A stretch of DNA of 62,231 nucleotides from a virus. A program made the translations under genes and the position numbers. Shown in pieces: positions 47,313 to 56,931 of this stretch (positions are counted from its first letter, which is position 1; each line of letters starts with the position of its first letter). The stretch spans positions 1-62,231 of IMG/VR virus record IMGVR_UViG_3300010348_000458; one strand, written 5' to 3'. A model generated the notes under the pieces. That model worked only from the letters and a program-made list of their open reading frames with translations, was not told where the DNA came from and ran no database searches.

Positions 47313-48776
47313 CTATGATAAATATTTTCTGTTGACAGCGTCTTTCAGTCTCTCAACCTCTGCCAGGTCAACAGCTTTTTTGGAATTGGCGTGATTCTCT
47401 GATAAGCCGAATGGCTCACCAGATTTTGCCACCTCTTTGATGTATTCGATTTCTTCCTCAACTGCCTCCGCCAATGCGCTTTCAGTATAAAAAACCTGCC
47501 TCGAAAGCCGTTCCCGGCTGATTGTCGGGAGCCGGGTAGCGGAAAGGAAGGCGGATACCGTTTCCGGTGTTAGCGGAATTGGCTCCGGCTCCGGTTCGGA
47601 TTCATGGATTACTACCGAATCCGCAACGGGAGAATCGCTTTCAACCGTTTCTGTTACTGCTTCTTGCACAACTTCTTCTTGCTTTTCTTTTTGCGTTTCA
47701 TCCATACTTTGTTCACCTCCTGTATTAGATTCGGATAAGCCAACAGCACGCCCGCCCGCGCCTGCTTTTGTTACCCAATCAACGGAACTGACTCCCGTGA
47801 TTTGCTCAACTAGTTTCCCCCGTTTCCCGTCTTGCTCAAATGGCTTTGCGCGCCCTTCTGCCAAAATGGAACATTCCATTTTTTCGATCAAGCCAGCCGC
47901 ATTTAGATTACGAATGCGTTGCGCAAAGTCTGGATCGTGGACAACAACGCGGGCTATTGGCGCGCCATCGTCCGTATAGCCTTTGATGGATTCAATCGTT
48001 GATACCCAAGTTCGAGTTGACTTTTCTTCCTGCCGATGGTCGGTTTCATACATTTTTGCGCCGACAAACCGACTGGAATCGCGCGCAAGCATTTCTCGCG
48101 GATAATAGTTATTATCCCGCGCATTTCCCCAGCCCGGACGGATAATCACCGTGTCCAAGTATAAAAGGTCTGATTTTCCGCCATCGCCTTCTACCAGAAC
48201 AGACGTTCCCTCAATAGTTTCAGCCAAGGATTGCGTTTCTGTTTCTGAAGATTCCATGTCATAATCTTGTGGTTCCTCGTCATCACCAATGTCAGCACCA
48301 TTAACTTCCTGAATACGAGAAATGAAATCTTCTGTTGCTTGCCGGATTGCAGAAACCTTGTCGATAATTTCTTGTGACCAGATGATATTTTCCTGAATGC
48401 GCTGGTAAACCTCAAACAATTCACCAATACTTTCCTTAATTTCATTAGCCAGCCTTTCCTGTTCCCACTGCTCAAATGAAGTGGCGGAAGTGGAATAATC
48501 TGGAAAATATGACTCAATGGATTCGTTTTCCGCGATACCATTCTCAATAGATTGCTCTGTTTCTTTGCTCACGCTTTCCTCCTTTTTTGGCTTCCGAACC
48601 CATCGCCCATCTTTCACAACGTGGGCTTTCTTGAAATTGGCAATGGCAAAAGCCCATGCCTTTTCGCCGCCAATAGTATCAGCCCAACTTGCTACAAGGT
48701 TCATTTGAGCAAGTGTCAATGGAGGTTCAATTCCTCGAAGAGCCTTATTTGCATCTGTTATCTTTTTGTATGGCAT
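47313..48776 (-). CDS. Putative scaffold / prohead protease-like protein
   Basis: 487 aa with highly acidic linker regions. Lies upstream of the capsid gene. Confidence 0.5.
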   Translation of the reverse strand: MPYKKITDANKALRGIEPPLTLAQMNLVASWADTIGGEKAWAFAIANFKKAHVVKDGRWVRKPKKEESVSKETEQSIENGIAENESIESYFPDYSTSATSFEQWEQERLANEIKESIGELFEVYQRIQENIIWSQEIIDKVSAIRQATEDFISRIQEVNGADIGDDEEPQDYDMESSETETQSLAETIEGTSVLVEGDGGKSDLLYLDTVIIRPGWGNARDNNYYPREMLARDSSRFVGAKMYETDHRQEEKSTRTWVSTIESIKGYTDDGAPIARVVVHDPDFAQRIRNLNAAGLIEKMECSILAEGRAKPFEQDGKRGKLVEQITGVSSVDWVTKAGAGGRAVGLSESNTGGEQSMDETQKEKQEEVVQEAVTETVESDSPVADSVVIHESEPEPEPIPLTPETVSAFLSATRLPTISRERLSRQVFYTESALAEAVEEEIEYIKEVAKSGEPFGLSENHANSKKAVDLAEVERLKDAVNRKYLS

Positions 48777-48870
48777 AATTCCTCCTGAAGACAAACAATG
48801 TGAGCGGTCAGGTATGAACCAGCAGTTTCACTTCCAAAATCGCTGTTGGTCAATCCCAAGTTTTTTATCA

Positions 48871-49317
48871 TTAGCTAAACAATGCCCTAACTCCCAACGT
48901 CCCTGGTTTTCCAACTGCACCGGCTTCGGCACATGGAATCCGAACGCGCTGGACTCCAGCATCAAGCGTTACACGGAAAACAACCTTTTCAACAGTCGCG
49001 CCAGTTGCGGTGTATTGCAACTCTTCGCGTTGAAATAAAGAGGTTGTATCAGACCCTCCTGCAACCGCACCGGCATCATATACCGTCGAACGATACCATG
49101 TATCACCAGAGGAATCCGGAGAAACTTCGATTTTCATTTTGAATGCCCCACCGGTATCGCCGCGCGTATAAGCTATGTATAATGTCATGAAATCATACTC
49201 CTGGCAGGGAAGCTCAATGGGAGTAGCGTCATACGCGCCAGCACCGGGAAGTACAACCGTCGCTCTGGCGGTTTGAAGATCAAGATAGCTTGGTGAAATT
49301 GGTCGAGTGTCTGTCAT
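48871..49317 (-). CDS. Hypothetical structural-region protein
   Basis: 148 aa with an AAGGAGGAG RBS and its own promoter/terminator cassette. Confidence 0.55.
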   Translation of the reverse strand: MTDTRPISPSYLDLQTARATVVLPGAGAYDATPIELPCQEYDFMTLYIAYTRGDTGGAFKMKIEVSPDSSGDTWYRSTVYDAGAVAGGSDTTSLFQREELQYTATGATVEKVVFRVTLDAGVQRVRIPCAEAGAVGKPGTLGVRALFS

Positions 49318-49336
49318 GTGACTCCTCCTTAATTAT

Positions 49337-49440
49337 AAAAGCCGTTGCCACTGGCAACGGCAGAATCGCTCAAGTAACCAATGTATATTATACATCATCT
49401 TTCCAAAGAATACAAGTGCTATTTGTGTATTCATTACACT
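49337..49440. repeat. 104-bp promoter-terminator cassette, copy 1 (copy 2 at 50479-50581)
   Basis: Minus strand: operator-like gaatacacaaatagcac, TTGTAT-N17-TATAAT (49387-49415), then GCCGTTGCC agt GGCAACGGC plus TTTT, then the RBS. Confidence 0.8.
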
Positions 49441-50213
49441 ATTGCCCTTGTCACGTCACCGCGAATTGTAATGGTTCCGATAACAACAGTTCTAATAATT
49501 CCAAGCGCCGTCAAGACCTGAATATCATATTTGTAATTGCCCGGAACGGTTAGCCTGGAAGAATTGGAGTCAAGCGTAATCGTGATGTTTCCTGCAATCG
49601 GATCAGTAACAACAATAGACCCATCTGCGGGGATTCCAGTTCCGCCATTCACAATCAAAAGTCCAGCCGTCCGCTCAATTTGCACCATCGCGCCAGCGTC
49701 AGCAAGCCGGTCATCGTTTTTGATGGTGAACCACAATTTCAGATTTCCTGTAATATCGCCAAGCCCGGAGAAAGAGAATCCCCAATCGTCTCCACGCAAA
49801 ACCTCAACGTAATTTTCCAGAACATTATTTCCGGTAAACAGGTTGGAATAATTTGTTAGCGTTCTGACAGAGTATCCCCAAATTTCCGAAGATGTTGGAA
49901 TGTCATCAAGCGTAATTGACGAAGGAAGCAAGTCAACCAGTAAATCACACCACTGCGCTCCTGCAACATCGGAAAACAAAACGGAAATTCTGTCTCCCGT
50001 CATCTCTGCGGCTGTCAAGGTGACGGTTACAATCTTTCCGGCAACAACAGGAAGATTTGTGATCGGCGCAGTTGCGCCGCCGTCAATGGAAATCAGAACG
50101 TCCCCAGCAACAATAGTGGGGGCATTTTGGAATACAAGCGGGTTTGCTTGCGAAACTAGGCTAACATCAAATGTGTATGTTACCCCGCGAATAGGGAATG
50201 TCAATTCTGTCAT
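49434..50213 (-). CDS. Hypothetical protein
   Basis: 259 aa ORF. Confidence 0.55.
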   Translation of the reverse strand: MTELTFPIRGVTYTFDVSLVSQANPLVFQNAPTIVAGDVLISIDGGATAPITNLPVVAGKIVTVTLTAAEMTGDRISVLFSDVAGAQWCDLLVDLLPSSITLDDIPTSSEIWGYSVRTLTNYSNLFTGNNVLENYVEVLRGDDWGFSFSGLGDITGNLKLWFTIKNDDRLADAGAMVQIERTAGLLIVNGGTGIPADGSIVVTDPIAGNITITLDSNSSRLTVPGNYKYDIQVLTALGIIRTVVIGTITIRGDVTRAIV

Positions 50214-50458
50214 GCGGGAATCCTCCTGATTTGCGTTGCGAATCCCGGTCTAAACATATAGACTCCGCACCGCCAAAATACAATATGAGATGATGGAGCA
50301 GTTGCAATTGGTGGCACTCCACCGCCAGCTTCAATCCTGGTTGAACTGTTGGCAGTTCCATCAACCAGTTTCAATAACTGAACATGCTCTCCCGTCAAAA
50401 GTTGATCGGTTGCAATATCTGTCCCGACTCCCGCAGTAATTGGTACATTATCTGGCAT
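50210..50458 (-). CDS. Hypothetical protein
   Basis: 82 aa with a GGAGGATAG RBS. Confidence 0.5.
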   Translation of the reverse strand: MPDNVPITAGVGTDIATDQLLTGEHVQLLKLVDGTANSSTRIEAGGGVPPIATAPSSHIVFWRCGVYMFRPGFATQIRRIPA

Positions 50459-50478
50459 TATCTATCCTCCATAAAAAG

Positions 50479-50581
50479 AAAAGCCGTTGCAAGTGGCAAC
50501 GGCAGTTCGCTCAAGTAACCAACGTTAATTATACGTCATTCAAGCCAAGAATACAAGTGCCATTTGTGTATTCGTTACACT
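50479..50581. repeat. Promoter-terminator cassette, copy 2
   Basis: TTGTAT-N17-TATAAT at 50528-50556. Hairpin GCCGTTGC...GCAACGGC plus TTTTCTTTTT. Confidence 0.8.
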
Positions 50582-51291
50582 AATCGTGGCTGAACCATCG
50601 TTTTACAAAGCCTGTCGCTCGCTTTCTCGAAATGTTCGATATTCTTTTCAATCCCGATAAAGTTGCGCCCGTTTTGTATGGCGGCAACCCCTGTGCTTGC
50701 GCTTCCCATAAATGGGTCCAAAACAGTATCGCCAGGATTGGACGAACGAAGAATGACCTCCGTCATAAGCTTGACCGGCTTTTGGGATGGGTGGATTCTT
50801 TCGGAAGATGAAACAATTGGATACTCAAAAAGATTGTGACAAAGACCCCCATTTCGCACGTTCCATGTATTTTTCTTTGTTTTTGTCGCCATGCAGATTG
50901 TCTCAATAGACGCTTGTGGTCTGCGCCCATTCCACACCGGGGCGGGATTGGTCTTGTGCCAATAATTCGGCATCCGATAATGCCAACCGGCTTTTTTTAG
51001 CGCCATTTGCACCAGCATAAATATTTCACAGGCGCAGAATATATAGATTGTAGATGTGTCTGTGCCTACCCTTAACGCTTCCGTGCAAAACATTAACATC
51101 AAGCGATAATATTGAGCGTTTGTCATGTTGTCCCAATCCTCATAGCGGTTGATCGGCTTCATTCCGCCTCGCCAAACACTTTCCTTGTTTGTCAGGATGG
51201 CATAGGGCGGGTCTGTCAGAATCAGATTGACAGAACCATCCGGGATGGACTTCATTTTTTCCAGGCAATCGCCTTGCATAATTTGATACAC
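50575..51291 (-). CDS. DNA methyltransferase (beta-class, DPPY)
   Basis: LTDPPYA then LDPFMGSASTGVA. 238 aa. Confidence 0.85.
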   Translation of the reverse strand: MYQIMQGDCLEKMKSIPDGSVNLILTDPPYAILTNKESVWRGGMKPINRYEDWDNMTNAQYYRLMLMFCTEALRVGTDTSTIYIFCACEIFMLVQMALKKAGWHYRMPNYWHKTNPAPVWNGRRPQASIETICMATKTKKNTWNVRNGGLCHNLFEYPIVSSSERIHPSQKPVKLMTEVILRSSNPGDTVLDPFMGSASTGVAAIQNGRNFIGIEKNIEHFEKASDRLCKTMVQPRLV

Positions 51292-51320
51292 AACTCACTC
51301 CAGATCTGTAACGATTCGCT

Positions 51321-52094
51321 TTACTGGCGCGGGGCGGGTGTAAGCGACTTCCCTTCGGCGGTATCCGCTTCGGGGGTGAATAATGCTTGTTGCGCGGGAG
51401 AATCCCCCGCGTCCATGTGCAAGCGGTTGTTAGGCAACGTAAAGACCGCTTCGGTTGTGCGGTAACGATTGCCGTGCATTTCAACCAGTGGGACAAAAGG
51501 CAACCAGTCGGCTTTTGTATTCTCGCAGACTATCACCTGCCCCATGCGCTCCTGTGACCATTGCGCCAAGTGGGTGTAATCAATTTTGCTGTGGACATAA
51601 TACTTGCCGCCTGTTTGATACGGGCTATCAATAAACCAAGTGGCTTCTTGATTTTCAATCTCTGTGTAATCGCCTTGCTTGATTTGCCAATGGCGGATTT
51701 TCCAAAGATTATCGGCGGCAAACTGTAACTTGTAATTCTGCGTGTTCGGGCGGATAACGGTTTTCCATTTGCTCGCTGTTTTCTTGGGCTGTGTTGGAGC
51801 TCCTACGATAATCATGCCTACAAACCACTTGGCTTCGATGCAGTCAAAAGTGAAATCATCGGTTGTTTCGCCACACTTCAAACGGGGCAAACCTAGAATG
51901 TCTGCGGGGGAACACTGTTGCAACCACTTCCAAACTCTGACAATCACTTCGTATTTATCCACAAGCAAAACTTCACGGTCAAAATACCGCAAGGCATATT
52001 GAGCCGTTCCCGCAAAAGGTTCGATAACCTTCCCAAACTGCGGGGCTGGATAGTGACGAATGACTTTGCTTTTACTACCGTAATAAGACCACAT
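51321..52094 (-). CDS. Dam-like (alpha-class) N6-adenine DNA methyltransferase
   Basis: N-terminal YYGSK...EPFAGTA (motif I) precedes IDSPYQ (motif IV). Confidence 0.75.
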   Translation of the reverse strand: MWSYYGSKSKVIRHYPAPQFGKVIEPFAGTAQYALRYFDREVLLVDKYEVIVRVWKWLQQCSPADILGLPRLKCGETTDDFTFDCIEAKWFVGMIIVGAPTQPKKTASKWKTVIRPNTQNYKLQFAADNLWKIRHWQIKQGDYTEIENQEATWFIDSPYQTGGKYYVHSKIDYTHLAQWSQERMGQVIVCENTKADWLPFVPLVEMHGNRYRTTEAVFTLPNNRLHMDAGDSPAQQALFTPEADTAEGKSLTPAPRQ

Positions 52095-52134
52095 TGTTTT
52101 AGTTGCCTAACATTTGCTTAACCTGCGCGAAGCG

Positions 52135-52902
52135 TCAGGTTGAAGCGATTGTTATACGTCTTTCTATTATCTTACAATATTCTTCTGATATTTCAGAACC
52201 TACCCAGTTGCGTTTATTCACAATAGCCATTTTAGCTGTGGTACCGCTACCCATGAAAGGATCATACACTAAATCACCTTCATTACTCCATGAGATGATA
52301 TGGTCATTTGCTAATTGTTCTGGGAATGGTGCATTATGTTCTGTCTTATCTCCTTTCCCGACATCATAATAGAATATATTAGGATGCTGTTTTTGAGTGT
52401 TTACTTCTGTTCTTTCTTCCCTCAATCTTTCTGCATAAGATGTCTCTTTTGCTTTACTACCACCTCTATTACGTTTGGTTCCAGCAGTGATACAATCAAT
52501 CATAATGGGATGAAATGTAGATGGACGCCCTTTGCTAAATACAAACATATATTCCCACGCTTGCTCGTATCTATTATGTCTCAACGGCATATAACTATTC
52601 TTTGCGTATATCATTGTATCATGTAAATTAAATCCAATTTCCTTGAAATACAGGGCTTGCTTAAACGAAGTACCTGTTTCGCTCCCCTTAATAGTAGCGT
52701 CCCCTACCACCCAAACTACCACGCCACCAGATTTTGTAACCCTATACAATTCTTTAGCTACAGCCTCAAAATCAAAGCTATAGCCATTATAGGTTCTCAA
52801 ATTGTCATAGGGTGGGCTTGTTACTGTTAAGTTAACAAAGTTATCCGGCATCCTTGCCATAGTATCAAGACAGTTTTCATTGTAGCATTTATTTATTTCC
52901 AA
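52135..52902 (-). CDS. DNA methyltransferase (beta-class, SPPY)
   Basis: VTSPPYD then [11 protein letters not shown]. 255 aa. The local sequence is lower in GC than its flanks. Confidence 0.85.
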   Translation of the reverse strand: MEINKCYNENCLDTMARMPDNFVNLTVTSPPYDNLRTYNGYSFDFEAVAKELYRVTKSGGVVVWVVGDATIKGSETGTSFKQALYFKEIGFNLHDTMIYAKNSYMPLRHNRYEQAWEYMFVFSKGRPSTFHPIMIDCITAGTKRNRGGSKAKETSYAERLREERTEVNTQKQHPNIFYYDVGKGDKTEHNAPFPEQLANDHIISWSNEGDLVYDPFMGSGTTAKMAIVNKRNWVGSEISEEYCKIIERRITIAST

Positions 52903-53053
52903 TTCTTTCCTCCTTTAGCACGAAGTCAGGAAACGATTTATTGTTTCCTGCGTAGTGTCCGTATAACAATGGAATCAACGCTATTTTCCGATAATCCAGA
53001 AAGAATATCCAAAGAATCGCCATTATACAATACAGCATAGTCCTCAACGGTTA

Positions 53054-53509
53054 TCATGCTGGAACCAGCCTTCCATAAGAAACTCTATATAATTTACCGT
53101 CAATATCTACGTCAAGACCTTCCGGCAAAAACCCGATTTGCCGAGTTGTGGCGTCATCCTGGCGAATCTTCTCAAGTTTTTTGAGAAACACTCGATACAA
53201 TGCTCCGTTGATTTTTATCAGGAGTCCTTCCGGCAAAAAACCGTTTTGACACTTCATTACCTCGCCAGCCGGAAGGTATTTGCCAACAAAATACCTGCAA
53301 TCTGGGTCTGCGCCATGCTCATACCCCACAAAGTAAGCAAATGTTTCCAGACCCGCAATAGCATGTCTTTCCTCGCGCTTGCGTTTATAATATTTTTTTT
53401 TGTAAGCCGAACGATATTCCTCCTCAAATTTCCTCTGGCATGAAGCGCAACGCGTTCTTGTCTTTGGGCTGTCCGGTATTTCAACACCACAAGTTTTACA
53501 GCATTTCAT
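53054..53509 (-). CDS. Zinc-ribbon protein with an internal duplication
   Basis: Start at MKCCKTCG (53509). CKTCG..CASC. Repeated GFLPEGL..I.G.LYRV. Confidence 0.5.
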   Translation of the reverse strand: MKCCKTCGVEIPDSPKTRTRCASCQRKFEEEYRSAYKKKYYKRKREERHAIAGLETFAYFVGYEHGADPDCRYFVGKYLPAGEVMKCQNGFLPEGLLIKINGALYRVFLKKLEKIRQDDATTRQIGFLPEGLDVDIDGKLYRVSYGRLVPA

Positions 53510-54230
53510 AATTGCCCTCGATTCTCCTCTTGGCAAGCTCAAAATAAATCTTGTGAAGTTCAATCCCAATAAATTTGCGATTATATTGTCGGCATACAAC
53601 TCCTGTTGTTCCAGAACCCATGAATGGATCAAGAACCGTATCGCCAGCGTGACCAAAAAGCCGGATACAGCGGTATACAAATTCATTGGGAAATTGCGCC
53701 GGGTGGTCTTTTGTGCTTCCGGCAGACCAATTCAGCTTCCAGTATCCCCTTGTCCACTCAACAAATTCTTCGCTGGTAATCTCATTCGCACCGCCGCGCT
53801 TGGTGCGCGTTCCCTTGTAAAACACATATAGCATGTGAAAATTTGGAATGATGTGGACATTATCAGATTTCATCCAACTCCCCCATGCACACTGATTCGT
53901 TTTTCTATGTTCCATTCCAATCTCTGCGAACAACCCGAAACCGGCGCAGTATGATGCCTCCTGCCATAAATACGTCAATGGAAAATCAAGCTTGCTTCCG
54001 CCAATATCAAGGCAGAAGCGTCCGCCATGTTTCAAAACGCGGAATAACTTACTGGCAACATCCATGGAAAATTCACGATATTCCGCAAGCGGAAGCTTGT
54101 CCATCTCTGACGGATTATCGGCATATTTAACGCCAACATTATAAGGGGGGGACGTAACAACCAAATCAACCGATTCAGTTTCCAGGTTCTCCAGTTCCTC
54201 TCTGCAATCCCCATGTATCAGTCGTATCAT
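53496..54230 (-). CDS. DNA methyltransferase (beta-class, SPPY)
   Basis: VTSPPYN then [13 protein letters not shown]. Start at MIRLIHGDC (54230). Confidence 0.85.
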   Translation of the reverse strand: MIRLIHGDCREELENLETESVDLVVTSPPYNVGVKYADNPSEMDKLPLAEYREFSMDVASKLFRVLKHGGRFCLDIGGSKLDFPLTYLWQEASYCAGFGLFAEIGMEHRKTNQCAWGSWMKSDNVHIIPNFHMLYVFYKGTRTKRGGANEITSEEFVEWTRGYWKLNWSAGSTKDHPAQFPNEFVYRCIRLFGHAGDTVLDPFMGSGTTGVVCRQYNRKFIGIELHKIYFELAKRRIEGNYEML

Positions 54231-54433
54231 AGCGCGCCACGCTTCCAGTCCGACAACTGCGCCTTCCATTCATCCAATTTGCGCAAGTTTGCCGCCATTC
54301 GGTTTCCAAAGCACCATGGACAACTGCCGTGTGAACGGCACGTAGCGTCAAATCTTTGGCTACGATAATACGGTTTTCGCCAACTCCTGCCCTTTCTCCA
54401 CGACTTTCTTCCTTTCACAATTCTGAACACCAT
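54227..54433 (-). CDS. Small Cys-containing protein
   Basis: 68 aa, basic. CRSHGSCPWC. Confidence 0.4.
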   Translation of the reverse strand: MVFRIVKGRKSWRKGRSWRKPYYRSQRFDATCRSHGSCPWCFGNRMAANLRKLDEWKAQLSDWKRGAL

Positions 54434-54449
54434 TCCTCCTTTCCTCCTT

Positions 54450-54698
54450 TCATTCTTCGTGAAATATGATAATCACCTCTGCTGTTGTTTGTTGCAAACT
54501 GATGGACGTATCCAGATTGGCGAAGTCCGCCAATGGAATTTGGACTGTCCTTTCGCTTCTGGAATCACCTCGCCTTCTGTCAAACTTCGGGCAAAACTCC
54601 AATGCCTTCTCCTTTATCTTGAATTTCATTGGTAATCTGTAATCATTGTACCAAACGAATCCCTGCTCGTCAACCCACAATCCGGGCGTATTTGACAT
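54450..54698 (-). CDS. Hypothetical protein
   Basis: 82 aa ORF. Confidence 0.45.
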   Translation of the reverse strand: MSNTPGLWVDEQGFVWYNDYRLPMKFKIKEKALEFCPKFDRRRGDSRSERTVQIPLADFANLDTSISLQQTTAEVIIIFHEE

Positions 54699-55319
54699 TT
54701 AGCCTCCCGATAACGATGGTGGACGCCCCTTATTTGGCTTGTTTCCCAATGCCTGCAACTCACATTTGCACTGAATCCCCTTGCACTCCAGCCGTGGGGA
54801 TTGGGGTCGCCATCCCCACCTTTCCCATGTTTTAGCACGATACGTCCTACCGGCAACGCGGGAACAATCTCCACAATGACTTATTGTATCACCATAAACC
54901 CAAGTTAAAGGAGCGTTATTGGACGCAGAAAGCCTCGCCTGGTTGACAATGTCTTTCCAGCGATTCCCCCACATTCCCAACCGTATTTGCAAACTGCTCA
55001 ACTTGAATCCGCTCGCTTTATTGTGCGCCAGAATATAATTACGCAATCCGGCAATGTAGCTGGACTCCCTGTAAATTGCATCCAGCATCGCGGCTCGTTC
55101 TTCCATGGTCATATCGGCAAGGCTCAAATTAAATTCCTTCAATCCAGCTTCCCATGCCCCACGGATTCCATACTCAATGGCAACCCGCATCAAGTTATCA
55201 AAGTCGTATGCGCCTATTTTCCCGTTCCAGAGGTTTTGCGCAATTGCATTAATGCGCGCCTGGTAATCTCCCTGACTTTTGAATTTTTCCTCAAAAGGGA
55301 GAAGCGGAAAAACCGCCAT
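54699..55319 (-). CDS. Minor head protein (Mu F / SPP1 gp7-like)
   Basis: 206 aa downstream of the portal gene. C-terminal CGDC...G....W motif. Confidence 0.5.
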   Translation of the reverse strand: MAVFPLLPFEEKFKSQGDYQARINAIAQNLWNGKIGAYDFDNLMRVAIEYGIRGAWEAGLKEFNLSLADMTMEERAAMLDAIYRESSYIAGLRNYILAHNKASGFKLSSLQIRLGMWGNRWKDIVNQARLSASNNAPLTWVYGDTISHCGDCSRVAGRTYRAKTWERWGWRPQSPRLECKGIQCKCELQALGNKPNKGRPPSLSGG

Positions 55320-56916
55320 CCTCCATCCCGCTACTTTGTGGAGGGGTTTCCGGAGTTCCGCCAGATGTCAACGGCTCATCCCCGTTCATTTCATCGCCAG
55401 GTCTGGAAATATAGGTTTTTGTCTCCGGATTAACCACAGGCTCAACGTTTTGAATATTCAGGGTTTGCATGGCGACCCTCATCAATTCAATCGTTGCGGC
55501 TTCCGCGCTTTCCACGCATAAGGAACCGGCAATCAAAGATTGGTTAATTGACTGCATAAAGAACCCCAACTGTGAAATGTCAGTCAGTACAATCGCCTCA
55601 ACCTGAACATCAACTTCGGTGGTTGAATATTCAACCGCGCCATATTTCTCCCTAAACCCAAGTACAATCTTTGCAATATCCTTGAACACAGAAATCCACC
55701 ACACCTGGTATCCATTGAACGCTTCCAGTGTTGGGCGTTCCATGGCGGTTGTGGTTGCCAGCCGGAATGATTCGCCGCGCCCAAGGTAGTGTGGAAATAC
55801 CCTACCCGCCAATCCAGCCTGCGCCAGAAGAGCGTTTCCATCAACGGCGGCATCTCCGGCGTTTGTTGGGCGACTCATCCAGTCTCTCGATACAGCATCA
55901 TTTTCAATCCACATTCCACCTGCCGTAGATGGCGGGTTTTTATCAAACGCGCTTCCAGAAGAAGTCACCAAAGAACTTTCCATCCGGGCGCGAATCAGGT
56001 CAATTCCACGACTACCGCTCTTTGCTCTGATTTTTTCGACCACAGAAGCGGCTGCACGCGCTACGCTTGCTCTATCCTGAACAAAATCCCGATAAGCGCG
56101 ACTCCACGCGGCTCCTGCGGTCATTAGAGGATAACCGCGACTTGATTTTCCAAGCCGGTTGTGGGCGGCGTGTAATATACAAACGTCCGTTCCAATCTGC
56201 ATATCTCCCCGAACACGATGCGCAAGAATGGCATCGTCCGGCAAATTCGCCTGGTCTAATTCGTCATCCGTGGCGCGCCAGTCTTTATAATACATCGTAT
56301 AAACCTGACCCTGTTCATCACGATATTCCCGGCGGTAATATAAAACGGTTGAAGAGTCCCCCGGCATGGTAATAATTTCCCGTATTTCTTCCGTTGGGAT
56401 GGTGCGGATTCTGGTAATCCTCCCGTCCTGCCTTGACGTAAAGAACACAAAGAAAATCTCACCATCTGTTAAAACAGTAGAAGAAAGGCTTTTGATGTTC
56501 CTGACGCCAAGGACGGCGTCATTTTCGCGGGCATTCCAAAACTCATTCCAGTCCGCCCGCGCATTGGTATCTATTGGGACAACCTGTGGGGCTGAACCAA
56601 ACGCATAATCCGTCCAAAGGTTGATAATTGTTTGCGTTACAACATCCCGGACATATAGAATCCGGGACTCATTCACCGCCTGCAAGCGGTTACCTTCTGT
56701 CAATTCAACGCCAAGTTCATTGTATCGCAGTTGGCGCAAGTAATAATCATACAGTTGTGGGTCAACTTCCTGCAAAGCCGCGATAACCTGTTCGGGATCA
56801 TTTTCCCGAATAATTGGCATATATCTATAACGGTCAATTAAGTCCTCTAAAACGTAGTTGATTTTTTCGAGTTGTGGTTTCAAGAGAAACCTGGCGAGTC
56901 TTTCCTTCCAGTCCAT
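55291..56916 (-). CDS. Portal protein
   Basis: 541 aa, directly after the large terminase gene. Confidence 0.75.
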   Translation of the reverse strand: MDWKERLARFLLKPQLEKINYVLEDLIDRYRYMPIIRENDPEQVIAALQEVDPQLYDYYLRQLRYNELGVELTEGNRLQAVNESRILYVRDVVTQTIINLWTDYAFGSAPQVVPIDTNARADWNEFWNARENDAVLGVRNIKSLSSTVLTDGEIFFVFFTSRQDGRITRIRTIPTEEIREIITMPGDSSTVLYYRREYRDEQGQVYTMYYKDWRATDDELDQANLPDDAILAHRVRGDMQIGTDVCILHAAHNRLGKSSRGYPLMTAGAAWSRAYRDFVQDRASVARAAASVVEKIRAKSGSRGIDLIRARMESSLVTSSGSAFDKNPPSTAGGMWIENDAVSRDWMSRPTNAGDAAVDGNALLAQAGLAGRVFPHYLGRGESFRLATTTAMERPTLEAFNGYQVWWISVFKDIAKIVLGFREKYGAVEYSTTEVDVQVEAIVLTDISQLGFFMQSINQSLIAGSLCVESAEAATIELMRVAMQTLNIQNVEPVVNPETKTYISRPGDEMNGDEPLTSGGTPETPPQSSGMEDGGFSASPF

Positions 56917-56931
56917 TTCGTACCTCCTTTT

